Positions 1 through 13,309 of a stretch of DNA of 64,000 bases are shown piece after piece (positions within the stretch are counted from its first letter, which is position 1; the number at the start of each line of letters is the position of its first letter). The position numbers and the translations under genes were made by a program. The notes beneath the pieces are model-generated. The model saw nothing but the letters and a program-made list of their open reading frames with translations. It was not told the origin of the DNA and made no database searches. Source of the DNA: the human T2T-CHM13v2.0 reference genome, Homo sapiens; NCBI RefSeq assembly GCF_009914755.1, contig NC_060943.1. One strand, written 5' to 3'.

Positions 1-757
1 CCCATTCCACACTGGGGCAATGCCAGTGGCTTTCCTCGGTTAGATGGAAAGCCCACAGTCCTCTCTTTCAGAGCAGCCACCTTGGGGAGCGCAGGACTGG
101 ACTTACTCTGCCCTGACAAATTAGTGCTAAAAGAAGGAGAACACCCTAAAGGGTTGCAACAGGGATCTGGGGTCCACTGCCTCTGGGAACAGTGGGACTG
201 GTCCTAGTGCGATGAAACCTATCCAGTAAAGGAGTCAATGTGCTCACTGGGGTAATTGATAGTGATTACCAAGATGAGATATTAATTATGATTTAATGTA
301 AAGGTCTACATATTCTTCCCCCTAAATCTAAAATAGCTCAGTTACTACTCTTACCATACTGGGTTCCCAATGCCCAGGGAAAGGAAAGGGGACAAGGAGG
401 TTTTGGAAACACGGAAGCCACAGGAGTATATTGGAACCAATCAATCACTGATCAGAGACTCATGATTACCTTAAAAATTGAAAATAAAAATTTTACTGGC
501 CTATTGGACACAGGGTGAACATTTTGATCATCAGTGATGAAAACTGGCCAGAAACTTGGCCTTGGGTCACTCAGAAACAGAAAATTGTCATCATCAGGGA
601 AGTGCACACAGCCAAGCAGAGCACACACCCCTTAATATGTCATGATTCAGAGAGAAGGAAAGCAGTTATACAACCTCAAATCATGCCCATCCCAGTTAAT
701 ATTTGTGGATGGGACCTATTAGCCCAATGGGGGGTTACTCTGCAGACCTCTTTCTAA
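1..757 (+). pseudogene. dUTPase-protease remnant of HML-6-like provirus
   Basis: dUTPase motifs followed by LLDTG and PVNICGWDLLAQWG (ORF 515..757); disrupted. Confidence 0.85.
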
Positions 758-759
758 TA

Positions 760-3690
760 ATGGCCACTGTTGTTATTCCTCCCCTACCCCTGACGTGGCT
801 CTCTCAAGATCCAATTTAGGTAGAACAGTGGCCTTTGAAGGGAGAGAAATTACAATGAGCCCATAAATTAGTTGAGGAGCCATTAAAAGCTGGCCATTTA
901 GAACCATCAGACAGCCCTTGGAATTCACCTATTTTCGTCATTCCCAAAAAGTCTGGTAAATGGAAACTTGTGCATGACTTATGTGCTATCAATGCTAATT
1001 TGTAACCTGTGGGGCCCCTTCAACAGGGGCTCCCTTTCCCCACGGTGATTCCTCAAGATTGGCCTATATTCATTATTGACTTAAAAGACTGCTTTTATAT
1101 TATTTCCCTTGCAGAACAGGAAAGAGAAAAATTTGCATTTACAATACCAGCTATAAATAATGAAAGGCCAGCTCCTCCAATTCATTGGAAAGTACTTCCT
1201 CAAGGAATGCTAAACAGTCCTACCATGTGTCAGTATCATGTAAATCAGGCTTTGCTTCCCAGTAGAAAAGAATTTCCTAATTGCAATATCATCTGGATGA
1301 CATCTTACTGGTGGCCCCAATGGAGCCAATACTTTTGAGTTTATATGCCCCTGTCAAAAGGAATACACAGTTAAGAGGTTTAATCATAGCACCTGAAAAG
1401 GTACAGATGTCCTCCCCTTGGAAATATCTTAGATACATACTAACTTCCCGGTCAGTAAGACCTCAAAATGTTAAATACTAGCAACTTATATACCTTAAAT
1501 GATTATCAAAAATTACTAGGCAATATTACCTGGCTTCACCCCACCTTGGACATAACTACTGATAAGTTGCAGAACCTGTTTTCTATCCTAAAGGGCAATG
1601 AAACCCTGGACACCCCCAGGTATTTAACCTCCACTGCAAATAGGGAAATTGAGGAAATAGAGCAAGCTATTTCTCATAGGAAACTAGATTGCATAGACCC
1701 ACAATATTCAGTCCAGTTGTTTGTTTCTCCTACAAAACATTCCCCAACAGGATTAATAGGACAGATGGCCCCAGGGCTGTGCTTCCTAGAATGGGTTTTT
1801 GCTCACACACTGGGACTAAAACACTGTCCCCCTATATCCAGCTAATTGGTAAAGTCATTTATACAGGCCACAGATGATGCAATCGATTGCAAGGTTATGA
1901 CTCTGATGTCATAAGAATACCCTTAAGTAAAAAACAATTCGAAGGAGTCCTGCCCTTATCTCTAGATTTTTTCTTTTTTTTGAGACACAGTCTTGCTCTA
2001 TCACCTAGGCTGGAGTGCAGTGGTGCGATCTCAGCTCACTGAAAGCTGCAAGCTCTGCCTCCTGGGTTCACGCCATTCTCCTGCCTCAGCCTCCCTGAGT
2101 ACCTAGGACTACAGGGGACCACCATCACACCCGGCTAATTTTTTTTGTATTTTTAGTAGAGATGGGCTTTCACTGTGTTAGCCAGGATGGTCTCAATCTC
2201 CTGACCTCGTGATCTGCCTGCCTTGGCCTCCCAAAGTGTTGGGATTACAGGCATGAGCCACCGCACCCGACCTTATCTCTAGTTCTTTAAATAGCACTCT
2301 CTGATTATGTGGGCCATATAGAAAGTACCCTTCCCGCTGATGAACTACTCTAGCTCTTATACTCCTGTAATTATGCCTACAAAGGTAGTTCACTCCCCCA
2401 TACCTAATGTGCTTTAACAGTTTTCACTGATGGCTCTGGTAAAAATGGAAAAGCAGCTATCTGGTGGGAACCGCATAACTTCCTCACTCGATCTAGATTT
2501 ACTAGTACTCAGCTAAGGTTGGAGCCCTAGTATTGGTCCTGGAAACCTTTTCCACTCAGCCCATCAATATTGTTAATGACTCTGCTTACTCCATTTATTT
2601 ATTGCAAAACCTTGAAACAGTCCTCATTAAGTCAACTCTTGAGCCCACTCTGTGTGCCCTTTTTCTTTGACTTAAGAAATTGCTACATTAACAAACACAT
2701 TCTGTTTTTATCACACACATTTGGGCCCAAAACTTGCTGCCCAGCCCACTAGTTCATGACAGCGATCAAGCAGACCTGCAGGTTATGATGTCACTTGCTT
2801 GACCAAGCCACCCAATCACACCAATTTTTCCACCAAAATTGGAGAAACTTAACTAAACAATTTCAATTTACCCAAAGACTAGCTAAACAAATTATCCTAC
2901 AATGCCCAGATTGCCAGCTCACAGGCACATCCCCTCCTTCAACAGATGTTAATCTTAGAGGACTAGAACCTAATCAGCATGGCAAACAGATGTTACACAT
3001 GTCCCTGAATTTGGAAAACTAAGATATGTACATGTATCCATTGATACCTATTCCCACCTAATTAGCGCTCATGTTCTTCCTGGAGAGTCCATCCAATATG
3101 TCATTAAACATCTTCTCTTAACTTTGGCATTTATGAGGTGGCCCCCAAAAAATTAAAACTGATAATGGTCCGGCTTATGCCAGCTCACAGTTTCACCAAT
3201 TTTGTCACACATGGAACATCCAACATTCCAAGACATCCCATATAACCCCCAAGGACAGGCTATAATAAAAAGTGTCCACTCTGCCCTTAAATATGCTCAG
3301 AAAACAAAAAAGGGGAAATATGAGTAAGGACCCTGCAACACTTTTGGCACAAGCCTTATTTACCCTGAGTTTCTTAAATTTAGATGATAAATTTCAATCA
3401 GCTATAGACAAGCACCTTGCAAAAATCACTCAAGATATAAAACCTTCAGTTTTATGGAAAGATGTAAATAGTAATGTATGGTGTGGTCCAGATGATTTGC
3501 TAACGTGGGGAAGAGGGTATGCTCGTGTTCACACCCCCTCAGGTCCTCTTTGGATTCCAGCACGAGGCATCAGACCTTACCATGGCTTGGCTAGGACCCA
3601 ACTCGGTATCAGAAATGAAGGAAATGACACTGCAGGACCTAACAGCCCTGGACGATGTGGCTTCCTAGGACAACACAGACCCCGGACATT
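760..3690 (+). pseudogene. pol (RT-RNase H-IN) remnant of HML-6-like provirus
   Basis: ORF fragments 1009..1338, 1281..1481, 1468..1845, 2795..3022 and 3272..3697 tile a betaretroviral Pol; interrupted by an Alu at ~1967-2272. Confidence 0.88.
1967..2272 (-). repeat. AluY-like element in HML-6 pol
   Basis: Full Alu on - strand flanked by the duplication ccttatctctag (1954-1965 / 2271-2282). Confidence 0.92.
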
Positions 3691-3843
3691 ATGCTGAAGA
3701 AGATAACTTAGGAGGCTGAGTGAATCCTGGTCCAGACACAGACACATTCACTCCAGATAATTTGTTCCTTGCTATGCTTTCTGTTGTACATTGCAACTCT
3801 TGTAGGGTATTAACCTTTTTTATTCTCTCACTTTGCCTGCTAC

Positions 3844-3923
3844 TGTTGGAGGCCAAAGGAATGAGGGTTGTGACCAACTCAGTATACCACTGGAGGCTAT
3901 ATGAGCAAACAGCAAACTGTTCT
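3844..3923 (+). mobile_element. 80-bp 5' stub of an LTR3-type LTR
   Basis: Starts TGTTGGAGGCCAAAGG; clearly paralogous to the start of the following LTR (ggttgtgaccaactcag...cact...ggctat...agcaaactgtt); cut off at 3923. Confidence 0.8.
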
Positions 3924-4351
3924 TGTTAGGAGCCAAAAGCCTGACGGTTGTGACCAACTCAGCATCCCACTGAAGGCTATACGATTAAAGAGCAAACTGT
4001 TTATCATGAATGCAGGATGTGGGCAAACTCACATCTGTGCCTGCCACCAGAAGATATGCTGAGGGCAGTCACTCCCTGGCACTGTGCTCCTTGCAGTTGT
4101 CTACTGGAACATCTGGAGTCTACTGTTCAAAGAAAGCATTCGTGCAGGCCTGCACTAAATCAAGCAGCTGATTGACAACCACCCCTTTCTCCCTATTTCC
4201 TTTACTTAATAAATACAAAGGGCTCTAGAAGCTCAGGGGCCTTGCTCCCTAGAAGCAAGGAGCCCCCTGACCCCTTCTTGAAAACATACTCTAGTGTCTT
4301 TTTCTTTATTCCCGTGTTCGTCCTCTGTTCCATTTTCCAGGCTCCATGACA
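3924..4351 (+). mobile_element. Complete LTR3-type LTR (5' LTR of HML-6-like provirus no. 2)
   Basis: TG...CA ends, 428 bp, AATAAA-like box at 4208-4213, immediately followed by a PBS, leader and gag. Confidence 0.85.
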
Positions 4352-4353
4352 AG

Positions 4354-4372
4354 TGGCACCAACAACAGGGAC
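4354..4372 (+). promoter_or_regulatory. Primer binding site, tRNA-Lys3-like
   Basis: tggcaccaacaacagggac resembles TGGCGCCCGAACAGGGAC and begins 2 nt after the LTR end. Confidence 0.75.
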
Positions 4373-4522
4373 TTCAAGGACGTGACGAAGAAGGTCTGCT
4401 AGAGCAGAGGAAGTGAAATTTACCAGATGAACCGGGACCCCAGGACGAGTCTGTCAGCAGGGAATATAAGGCCAGTGCTCTAAAGAAGTACTGAGGATGG
4501 GAAGTCTCTGAATCAGGGTAAC

Positions 4523-5894
<1,372 letters not shown>

Positions 5895-6393
5895 TGGGAG
5901 CTCTGTTTTCACTCTATTAAATCTTACAACTGCACTCTCTTCTGGTCTATGTTTGTTACAGCTCGAGCTGAGCTTTTGATTGCTGTCCACCACTGCTATT
6001 TGCCGCCATTGCAGACCTGCCACTGACTTTCATCCCTCCAGATCCAGCAAGGTGTCCACTGTGCTCCTGATCCAGCAAGGCACCCATTGCTGCTCCTAAT
6101 CAGGCTAAAGTCTTGCCATTGTTCCTGCATGGCTAAGTTCCTGGGTTCATTCTAATCAAGCTGAACAGTAGTCACTGGGTTCCATGGTTCTCTTCCATGA
6201 CCCATGACTTCCAATAGAACTATAACACTCACCTCATGGCCCAAGATTCCATTCCTTGGAATCCGTGAAGCCAAGAACCCCAGGTCAGAGAACATAAGGC
6301 TTGCCACCATCTTGGAAGTGGCCTGCTGCCATTTTGGAAGTGGTCTGCCACCATCTTGGGAGCTCTGGGAGCAAGGACCCCCCAGCAACATTT

Positions 6394-6427
6394 TGGTGAC
6401 CATGAAGTGACCTCCAAAGTGGTGAGT
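6394..6427 (+). promoter_or_regulatory. HERV-W PBS (Arg/Trp-like) and leader splice donor
   Basis: tggtgaccatgaagtgac at 6394-6411 after U5 end (…agcaaca 6390); donor GTG|GTGAGT at 6421/6422. Confidence 0.75.
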
Positions 6428-7092
6428 AATATTGGACCACTTCCGCTTGCTATTCTGTCCTATCCTTCCTTAGAATTGGAGGAAAATACTGGGCACCTGT
6501 CAGCTGGTTAAAAACAATTAGCGTGGCCAAGGGACTTAAGACTCAGGTGTGAGGCTGTCTGGGAAGGGCTTTCTAACAACCCCCAACCCTTCTGGGTTGG
6601 GAATGTTGGCCTGCCTGGAACCAGCTTCCACTTTCAATTTTCTTGGGGAAGCTGAGGGCCAACTAGAGGCAGAAAGCTGTCATCCCGAAGTACTGGCATT
6701 AGCCAGTTGAGATTATGGCACAGCCAGAAGTCTCTACTCAACAGTCACCCATGTGTGTGCCCTTACCTTTCCTTCTGACCCATAACTCCTGGGTCCTGAG
6801 CATGACTTTCTTGAAAATATAGCCCCAAAATTCTCCTTACCTCTGAATCTTCTTCCTCTGATCTCTGCCTCCTAGGTACTAATGGTTCAGATTTTCATTT
6901 CCTCTAGCAAGTTGTATCTCCAAAGGGATCTAAGGAAACTCTATGCTGCATCCTTAGGTATCTAGGCTACAAAGCCAGGGAGTCTTGTCCCTGGTGCCCT
7001 TCCTGATTTAGGTATACAGCTTTCAACATGGGCAGTTATGTGGGACCTGTTCCCCACCACCCTGGCAAGGGCCCCAACTTTGTAAATGGCTA

Positions 7093-7255
7093 AGAGAAGA
7101 GAGACAGAGAGAGAGAGAGACACAGAGAGAGAGAGAGACAGAGAGACAGACAGAGAGAGAGAGACAGACAGAGAGGAGAGAGGAAAGAGAGGCAGAGAGA
7201 CAAAGAGGGAGTCAAAGAAAGAAAGAAAGAGAAAGATAGAAGTAGAAAAAAAAAG
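7093..7255 (+). repeat. AG-rich simple repeat of the HERV-W leader
   Basis: (GA)n/(GAGACA)n tract. Confidence 0.9.
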
Positions 7256-8339
7256 TGTGCCCTATTCCTTTAAAAGCCAGGGTAAATTAAAAACCTATAG
7301 TTGAGAAATGAAGGTCTTATCCATACCCTATAACACTCCAATACTACCCTGTTGTCACTGTAAACAAGGGCGTAGCCTGAAAACACTGAGACCACTGACA
7401 ACCCGTAGCCTTCTTATCAAAAATCCTTAACCCAGAGACCGACTGATGGCCCAAGTGCATTCAATCTATAGTGGCAACTGCTTTCGTAGCGGTAGAAAGT
7501 AGAAAAGTAACTTTTAGAGGAAACCTCATTGTGAGCACACCTCACCAGTTCAGAATTAGTTTAAGGCAAAAAAGAAAAAAGTAGCTTACTAACTCAAAAA
7601 GTCTTAAAATAGGGGGTTATTCTGTTAGAAAAAGGTAATTTAACACTAACCACTGATAATTCCCTTAACCCAGCAGATTTCCTCACAGGGGATTTAAATC
7701 TTAATTACTATACAAAGGTCCAACCAGACCTAAGAGGAAATCCCTTCGGGAGAGGATGATAGATGGTTCCTCCCAGGTGATTGAGAAAAAAAAAAAAGGG
7801 TATACAGTAATTGATACGGAGGCTCCTGTGGAAGCAGAGTTGGAAAAATTGCCTAATAATTGGTCTGCTCAAATGCGTGAGCTGTTTGCACTCAGCCAGG
7901 CCTTAAAGTACTTACAGAATCAAAAAATACTATTTCAATCCTGACTCAAAGGGCTACCTACACCCTCTCTGAAATGAATTTGCATAAGAACGGTTGTTTA
8001 TGGGAATGCATCTTGATGGGGCAGCTGGGTTGTTATGAAATACTTAGGAACCCAGCCCAGGTCTAGTACTCACCCCTGAGCACAAAAACAATGTTGGGCA
8101 AGTTGGTAAAGGACCACTAGAATCCAGCAGCCTGGACCCCTTTCTTTGTGGTCAAGAGAGGTGGGAAAAGAGGTGCAGGACTGCTACATCAGTGAACATA
8201 ACTAATCTGATAAGCAGAGGCCCATGGGTGGTTATGCACCCTGGAAAGGAATAAGCATTAGGAACATAGAGGCCGCTCTATGACTAATGCTTATTGGAAA
8301 ATGACCAGGGGTGCTGGCATCCCTATGTTCTTTTTTCAG

Positions 8340-10433
8340 ATGGGAAATGTTCCCCCCAAGGCAAAAATGTCCCTAAGATATATTCTGGAGAATTGGGGCC
8401 AATTGACCCTCAGACACTAAGAAAGAAATGACTTATATTCTTCTGCAGTACAACCTCACCATGATATCCTCTTCAAGGGGAAAAAACCTGGCCTCCTGAG
8501 GGAAGTATAAACTATAACACCATCTTACAGCTAGACCTCTTTTGTAAAAAGGAAGGCAAATGGAGTGAAGTGCCATATGTGCAAACTTTCTTTTCATTAA
8601 GGGACAACTTGTGATTATGTAAAAAGTGCAATTATGTAAAAAGCCCTACAGGAAGCCCTCAGAGTCTATCTCCCTACCCCAGTGTCCCCCCGACTCCTTC
8701 CCAACTAATAAGGACACCCCTTCAACCCTAATGGTCCAAAAGGAGATATACAAAGGGGTAAACAATGAGTCAAAGAGTGCCAATATTCCCCCATTATGTC
8801 CACTCCAAGCAGTGGGAGGAGGAGAATTTGGCCCAGCCAGTGTGTGTATACCTTTTTCTCTCTCAGACTTAAAACAAGTTAAAATAGACCTAGGTAAATT
8901 CTCAGATAACCCTGATGGCTATATTGATGTTTTACAAGGGTTAGGACAAGCCTAACATCTGACATGGAGAGATATGATGTTACTGCTATATCAGACACTA
9001 ACCACAAATGAGAGAAGTGCCACCATTACTGCAGCCTGAGAGCTTGGTGATCTCTGGTATCTTAGTCAGGTCAATGATAGGATGACAACAGAGGAAAGAG
9101 AATGATTCCCCACAGGCCAGCAGGCAGTTCCCAGTGCAGACCCTCATTGGGACATAGAATCAGAACATGAAGATTGGTGCCACAGACATTTGCTAACTTG
9201 CATGCTAGAAGGACTAAGAAAAACTAGGAAAAAGACTATGAATTATTCAATGATGTCCAGTATAACACAGGGAAAGGAAGAAAATCCTACTGCCTTTCTG
9301 GAGAGATTAAGGGAGACATGGAGAAAGCATCCCTCTCTGTCACCTGACTCTATTGAAGGCCAACTAATCTTAAAGGATAAGTTTATCACTCAGTCAGCTG
9401 CAGACATTAGAAAAAAACTTCAAAAGTCCACCTTAGGCCCGAGCAAAACTTAGAAACCCTATTGAACTTGGCAACCTCAGTTTTTTATAATAGAGATCAG
9501 GAGAGCAGAGAGAATGGGACAAACAGAATTACAAAAAAAAGGCCACCACTTTAGTCATGGCCCTCAAGCAAGCAGACTTTGGAGGCTCTGGAAGAGAGAA
9601 AACCTGGGCAAATCAAATGCCTAATAGGGCTTGCTTCCAGTGAGGTCTACAAGGACACTAAAAAAGATTATCCAAGTAGAAATAAGCCAACCCCTCATCC
9701 ATGCCCCTTATGTCAAGGGAATCACTGGAAGGCCAACTGCCCCAAGGGATGAAGGTCCTCTGAGTCAGAAGCCACTAACCAGATGATCCAGCAGCAGGAC
9801 TGAGTGTTCCTGGGGCAAGTGCCAGCCCATGCCATCACCCTCACAGAGCCCCAGGTATGCTTGACTATTGAGGGCCAGGAGGTTAACTGTCTCCTGGACA
9901 CTGGCACAGCCTTCTCAGTCTTACTCTCCTGTCCTGGACAACTGTCCTCCAGATCTGTCACTATCAGAGGGGTCCTAGGACAGCCAGTCACTAGAAACTT
10001 CTCCCAGCCACTAAGTTGTGACTAGGGAAATTTACTCTTTTCACATGCTTTTCTAATTATACATAAAAGCCCCACTCCCTTGTTAGGGAGAGACATTCTA
10101 GCAAAAGCAAGGGCAATTATACACCTGAACATAGGAGAAGGAACACCCGTTTGTTGTCCCCTACTTGAGGAAGGAATAATCCTGAAGTCTGGGCAACAGA
10201 AGGACAATATGGATGAGCAAAGAATGCCCATCCTGTTCAAGTTAAACTAAAGGATTCCACCTCTTTTCCCTACCAAAGGCAGTACCCCCTTAAACCCGAG
10301 GCCCAACAACAACTCCAAAAGATTGTTAAGGACCTAAAAGCCCAAGGCCTGGTAAAACCATGCAATAGCCCCTACAATACTCCAATTTTAGGAGTACAGA
10401 AACCCAACAGACAGTGGAGGTTAGTGCAAGATC
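8340..10433 (+). pseudogene. HERV-W gag-pro and first part of pol, disrupted
   Basis: MGNVPPK start, DLGKFSDNPDGYID, QGKEENPTAFLERLRE (MHR), protease LLDTGTAFS, RT start up to QWRLVQD. Confidence 0.9.
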
Positions 10434-10899
10434 AACTTCACTGCCTAGCAGCAGTAGTCCTTCAAAATCAAAGAGCTTTAGACTTGCTAACCACCGAAAG
10501 AGGGGGAATTTGTTTATTTTTAGGGGAACAATGCTGTTATTATGTTAATCAATCCAGAATTGTCACCAAGAAAGTTAAAGAAATTTGAGATCAAATATAA
10601 TGTAGAGCAGAGGAGCTTCAAAACACTGGACCTGGGGCCTCCTCAGCCAATGGATGCCCTGGATTCTCCCCTTCTTAGGACCTCTAGCAGCTATAATATT
10701 GTTACTCCTCTTTGGACTCTGTATCTTTAACCTCCTTGTTAAGTTTGTCTCCTCCAGAATCGAAGCTGTAAAGCTACAAATGGTTCTTCAAATGGAGCCC
10801 CAGATACAGTCCAAAGTTGATGACATCGAAGGCACTCCTCTCGAGGAAATCTCAACTGCAAGACCCCTACTACACCCCAATTCAGCAGGAAGCAGTTAG
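10434..10899 (+). pseudogene. HERV-W env TM remnant (immunosuppressive domain, CX6CC, TM, cytoplasmic tail)
   Basis: LQNQRALDLLTTERGGICLFLGEQCC, stops at ~10586 and ~10598, then ORF 10654..10899. Retains LQMVLQMEP, the 12-nt segment absent from syncytin-1, so this is not ERVW-1. Confidence 0.9.
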
Positions 10900-10957
10900 A
10901 GTGGTCGTCAGCCAATCTCCCCAACAGCACTTGGGTTTTCCTGTTGAGAGGGGGCAC

Positions 10958-11279
10958 TGAGAGACAGAACTAGCTGGATTTCCTAGGCCGACTAAGAATC
11001 CCTAAGCCTAGCTGGGAAGGTGACCGCATCCACCTTTAAACACAGGGCTTGCAACTTAGCTCACATCTGACCAATCAGGTAGTAAAGAGAGCTCACTAAA
11101 ATGCTAATTAGGCAAAAAACAGGAGGTAAAGACATAGCCAATCATCTATTGCTTGAGAGCACAGCGGGAGGGACAATGGTCAGGATATAAACCCAGGCAT
11201 TCGAGCTGGTGACTGCTACCTTCTTTGGGTCCTCTCCCTTTGTATAGGAGCTCTGTTTTCACTCTATTAAATCTTGCAA

Positions 11280-11281
<2 letters not shown>
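10958..11281 (+). promoter_or_regulatory. LTR17 U3-R (3' LTR of HERV-W retrocopy) with CCAAT boxes, TATA and poly(A) signal
   Basis: Preceded by purine tract; TGAGAGACAG start; ccaat at ~11071 and ~11138; gatataaa ~11184-11191; attaaa 11266-11271. Confidence 0.88.
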
Positions 11282-11322
<41 letters not shown>

Positions 11323-11349
11323 AGAAAAAAACAAAAACAGAAAAAAAAA

Positions 11350-11722
11350 TTATCTCCAAAATATCATTTACTCCCAAAGAATGAACTGCTTCAGTTAAGT
11401 CTTCATCTGTTGTCCACCATGTTAGATTTCCAACATATAATGCAATTCTCTTTCCAGTATGTGTATAGACAACATTAGGTGCCACTCCTTTACCCACATC
11501 ATCACCAACAGTTGGTGGGAGAGTATCCATGTAATCCCAGTCTTCTGTGGCATCTCCATTATTTGCAGATGGAGATATGACACAGTCATACAAATCTATC
11601 TGGCCATACCCATGATATTCAGCTCCCTGGTTTAACTCTTCACCCACATCTGCGTAAATGTCTATGTGGTCCACGCTGTCTGCCATCTTCCCTCAGCCTT
11701 GGCCACTGCTGCTGCTGCCACC
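11350..11722 (-). pseudogene. CPSF6: CPSF6 processed pseudogene, 5' fragment (5' UTR + codons ~1-113)
   Basis: MADSVDHIDIYADVGEELNQ…GKRIALYVGNLTWWTTDEDLTEAVHSLGVNDILEI matches the CPSF6 N-terminus and RRM start, with no introns; GC-rich 5' UTR remnant at 11687-11722. Symbol denotes the parent gene. Confidence 0.93.
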
Positions 11723-12481
11723 AAATAAGTACATTTTTGATGGTGACAGAGTAATATCAATGTCTAAAGTTTTGGTCTATCTCTCAAAATTGAGAAGTTG
11801 ACCAAAAGGGAGAAATTGTTAAATTAATTATGCCTAAAGCTGCCCCCTTTCCTGTTTAACTTTGGTCACTAGGTTTTTTATACATAGTAAACTGAAATCT
11901 AACTGGGTATATAAATAGACCAACCAATTATTGTACAAACCTCTGTGTTTTTGCCAATAAAAGAACATCAAGTGTTCAAATCATGATTAAATAAGGCAAA
12001 TCCCAACCTGTAATCAATCTGGCTGTTTCTGTACCTCACTTTCATTTTCTGTATGTCACTTTGCTTTTGCTGTTTATAAATCTATTTTCATCATGTGACT
12101 GTGTTAGATTCTCTCTGAGCCTACTCTGGATCCACAGCCTACCCAATTTGCAAATCATTCCATGCTCAATTGAACTCTGTTGCTCACGTCTGGGAGCACT
12201 TTGGGGGGCTGAGGCAGGTGGATCACGAGGTCAGGAATTCAAGAGCAGCCTGACCAACATGGTGGAACCCTGTGTCTACTAAAACTACAAAAATCAGCTG
12301 GGTATGGTGGCGCATGCCCATAATCCAGGTACTCAGGAGGCTAAGGCAAGAGAATCGCTTGAACTGGGGAGACAGAAGTTGCCGTGAGACAAGATCACGC
12401 CACTGCACTCCAGCCTGGGTGACAAAGCAAGACTCCATCTTTAAAAAAAAATTAATGTATCTAAAGGTTTTTTCTTTTAAA
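11723..12481 (+). mobile_element. MER57-like ERV1 3' internal end + LTR, interrupted by a 5'-truncated Alu (~12183-12451)
   Basis: Purine tract gaccaaaagggagaaat, then TGTTAAATTAATTATGCCTAAAGCTGCC (11817); LTR end resumes after the Alu (…ctaaaggttttttcttttaa). Confidence 0.65.
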
Positions 12482-12599
12482 AGATTTCAAATATTTTCTA
12501 TGATGAAAACTAATAATGTGCCGTTGGACTTTGATTTTCTAAACTCATCCCTCAGCTATTTCTCCCAATTATTTTATGTCTTTACAAAATGCTTCTCCA

Positions 12600-12651
12600 G
12601 TTTCTTTCTTTCCTTCCTTCCCTCCTTCCCTCCCTCCCTCCCTCCCTCCCT

Positions 12652-12715
<64 letters not shown>

Positions 12716-13030
12716 TTCCTTCCTTCCTTCCTCCTTTCTTGCCTTCTTTTGACAGGGACTCACTCTGTCATCCAGTCTTGATTGCAGTGGTGTAACTACT
12801 CATAGCTCACTGCAGACTTGACCTTCCAGGTTTAAGCTATCCTCCTGCCTCTGCCACCTAAGTAGCTGGTACTATAGGCATGCACCACCATGGGTGGCTA
12901 ATTTCTTCATTTTTGTCATGGAAACAGAATCTTACTATGTTGTTCAGGCAGCACTGGAACTCCTGAGCTCACATAAATCTCCCATCTCATCCTCCCAAAG
13001 TGCTAAAAATACAGGTGAGAGCCACTATGT
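12600..13030 (-). repeat. Old Alu (J-like) with long CT-rich tail
   Basis: (CCTT)/(CTTT)n followed by diverged Alu body. Confidence 0.85.
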
Positions 13031-13309
13031 GCTTCTGCAATTTTTGTGAGGATTATTCCCAATGATAAAAAGTACTCTATGAGCACAAATCTAAAAGGAA
13101 TCTGACTTCTTCTGTAGAAGTGTCACTCTCCAGGATTTCAAGAGTCTAGGGCAGGGCAGCTACTTTAGTAGTGTGATCTATGGAGGTGTATGGGCTTTGG
13201 AGTCAGATAAAGTTGATCCTGAGTCTCAGCCCAGCCACTTAGTAGCTGTAGGTCTGCACAAGTTTCTTGATGTGGAAGAGTTCTATATACCACATATGTA
13301 AAAAAGGTA

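Larger units (their letters stand above)
1..3843 (+). mobile_element. HERV-K(HML-6)-like provirus no. 1, internal region (dUTPase-pro-pol-start of env), defective; 5' part lies upstream of the window
   Basis: Betaretroviral motifs in order: dUTPase (AGLDL, GVIDSDY, GGFG), protease LLDTG (~500-515), RT ([29 protein letters not shown]), RNase H FTDGS, integrase (HQFFH...CPDC, IKTDNG, WGRGY). Many stops and frameshifts. Adjacent LTR3-type sequence supports HML-6. Confidence 0.85.

Noticed and set aside
10434-10899. Syncytin-1 (ERVW-1) gene
   Set aside because: Only the TM remnant is present, with stops and a frameshift; it retains the LQMV segment absent from syncytin-1, and the element is a processed copy.
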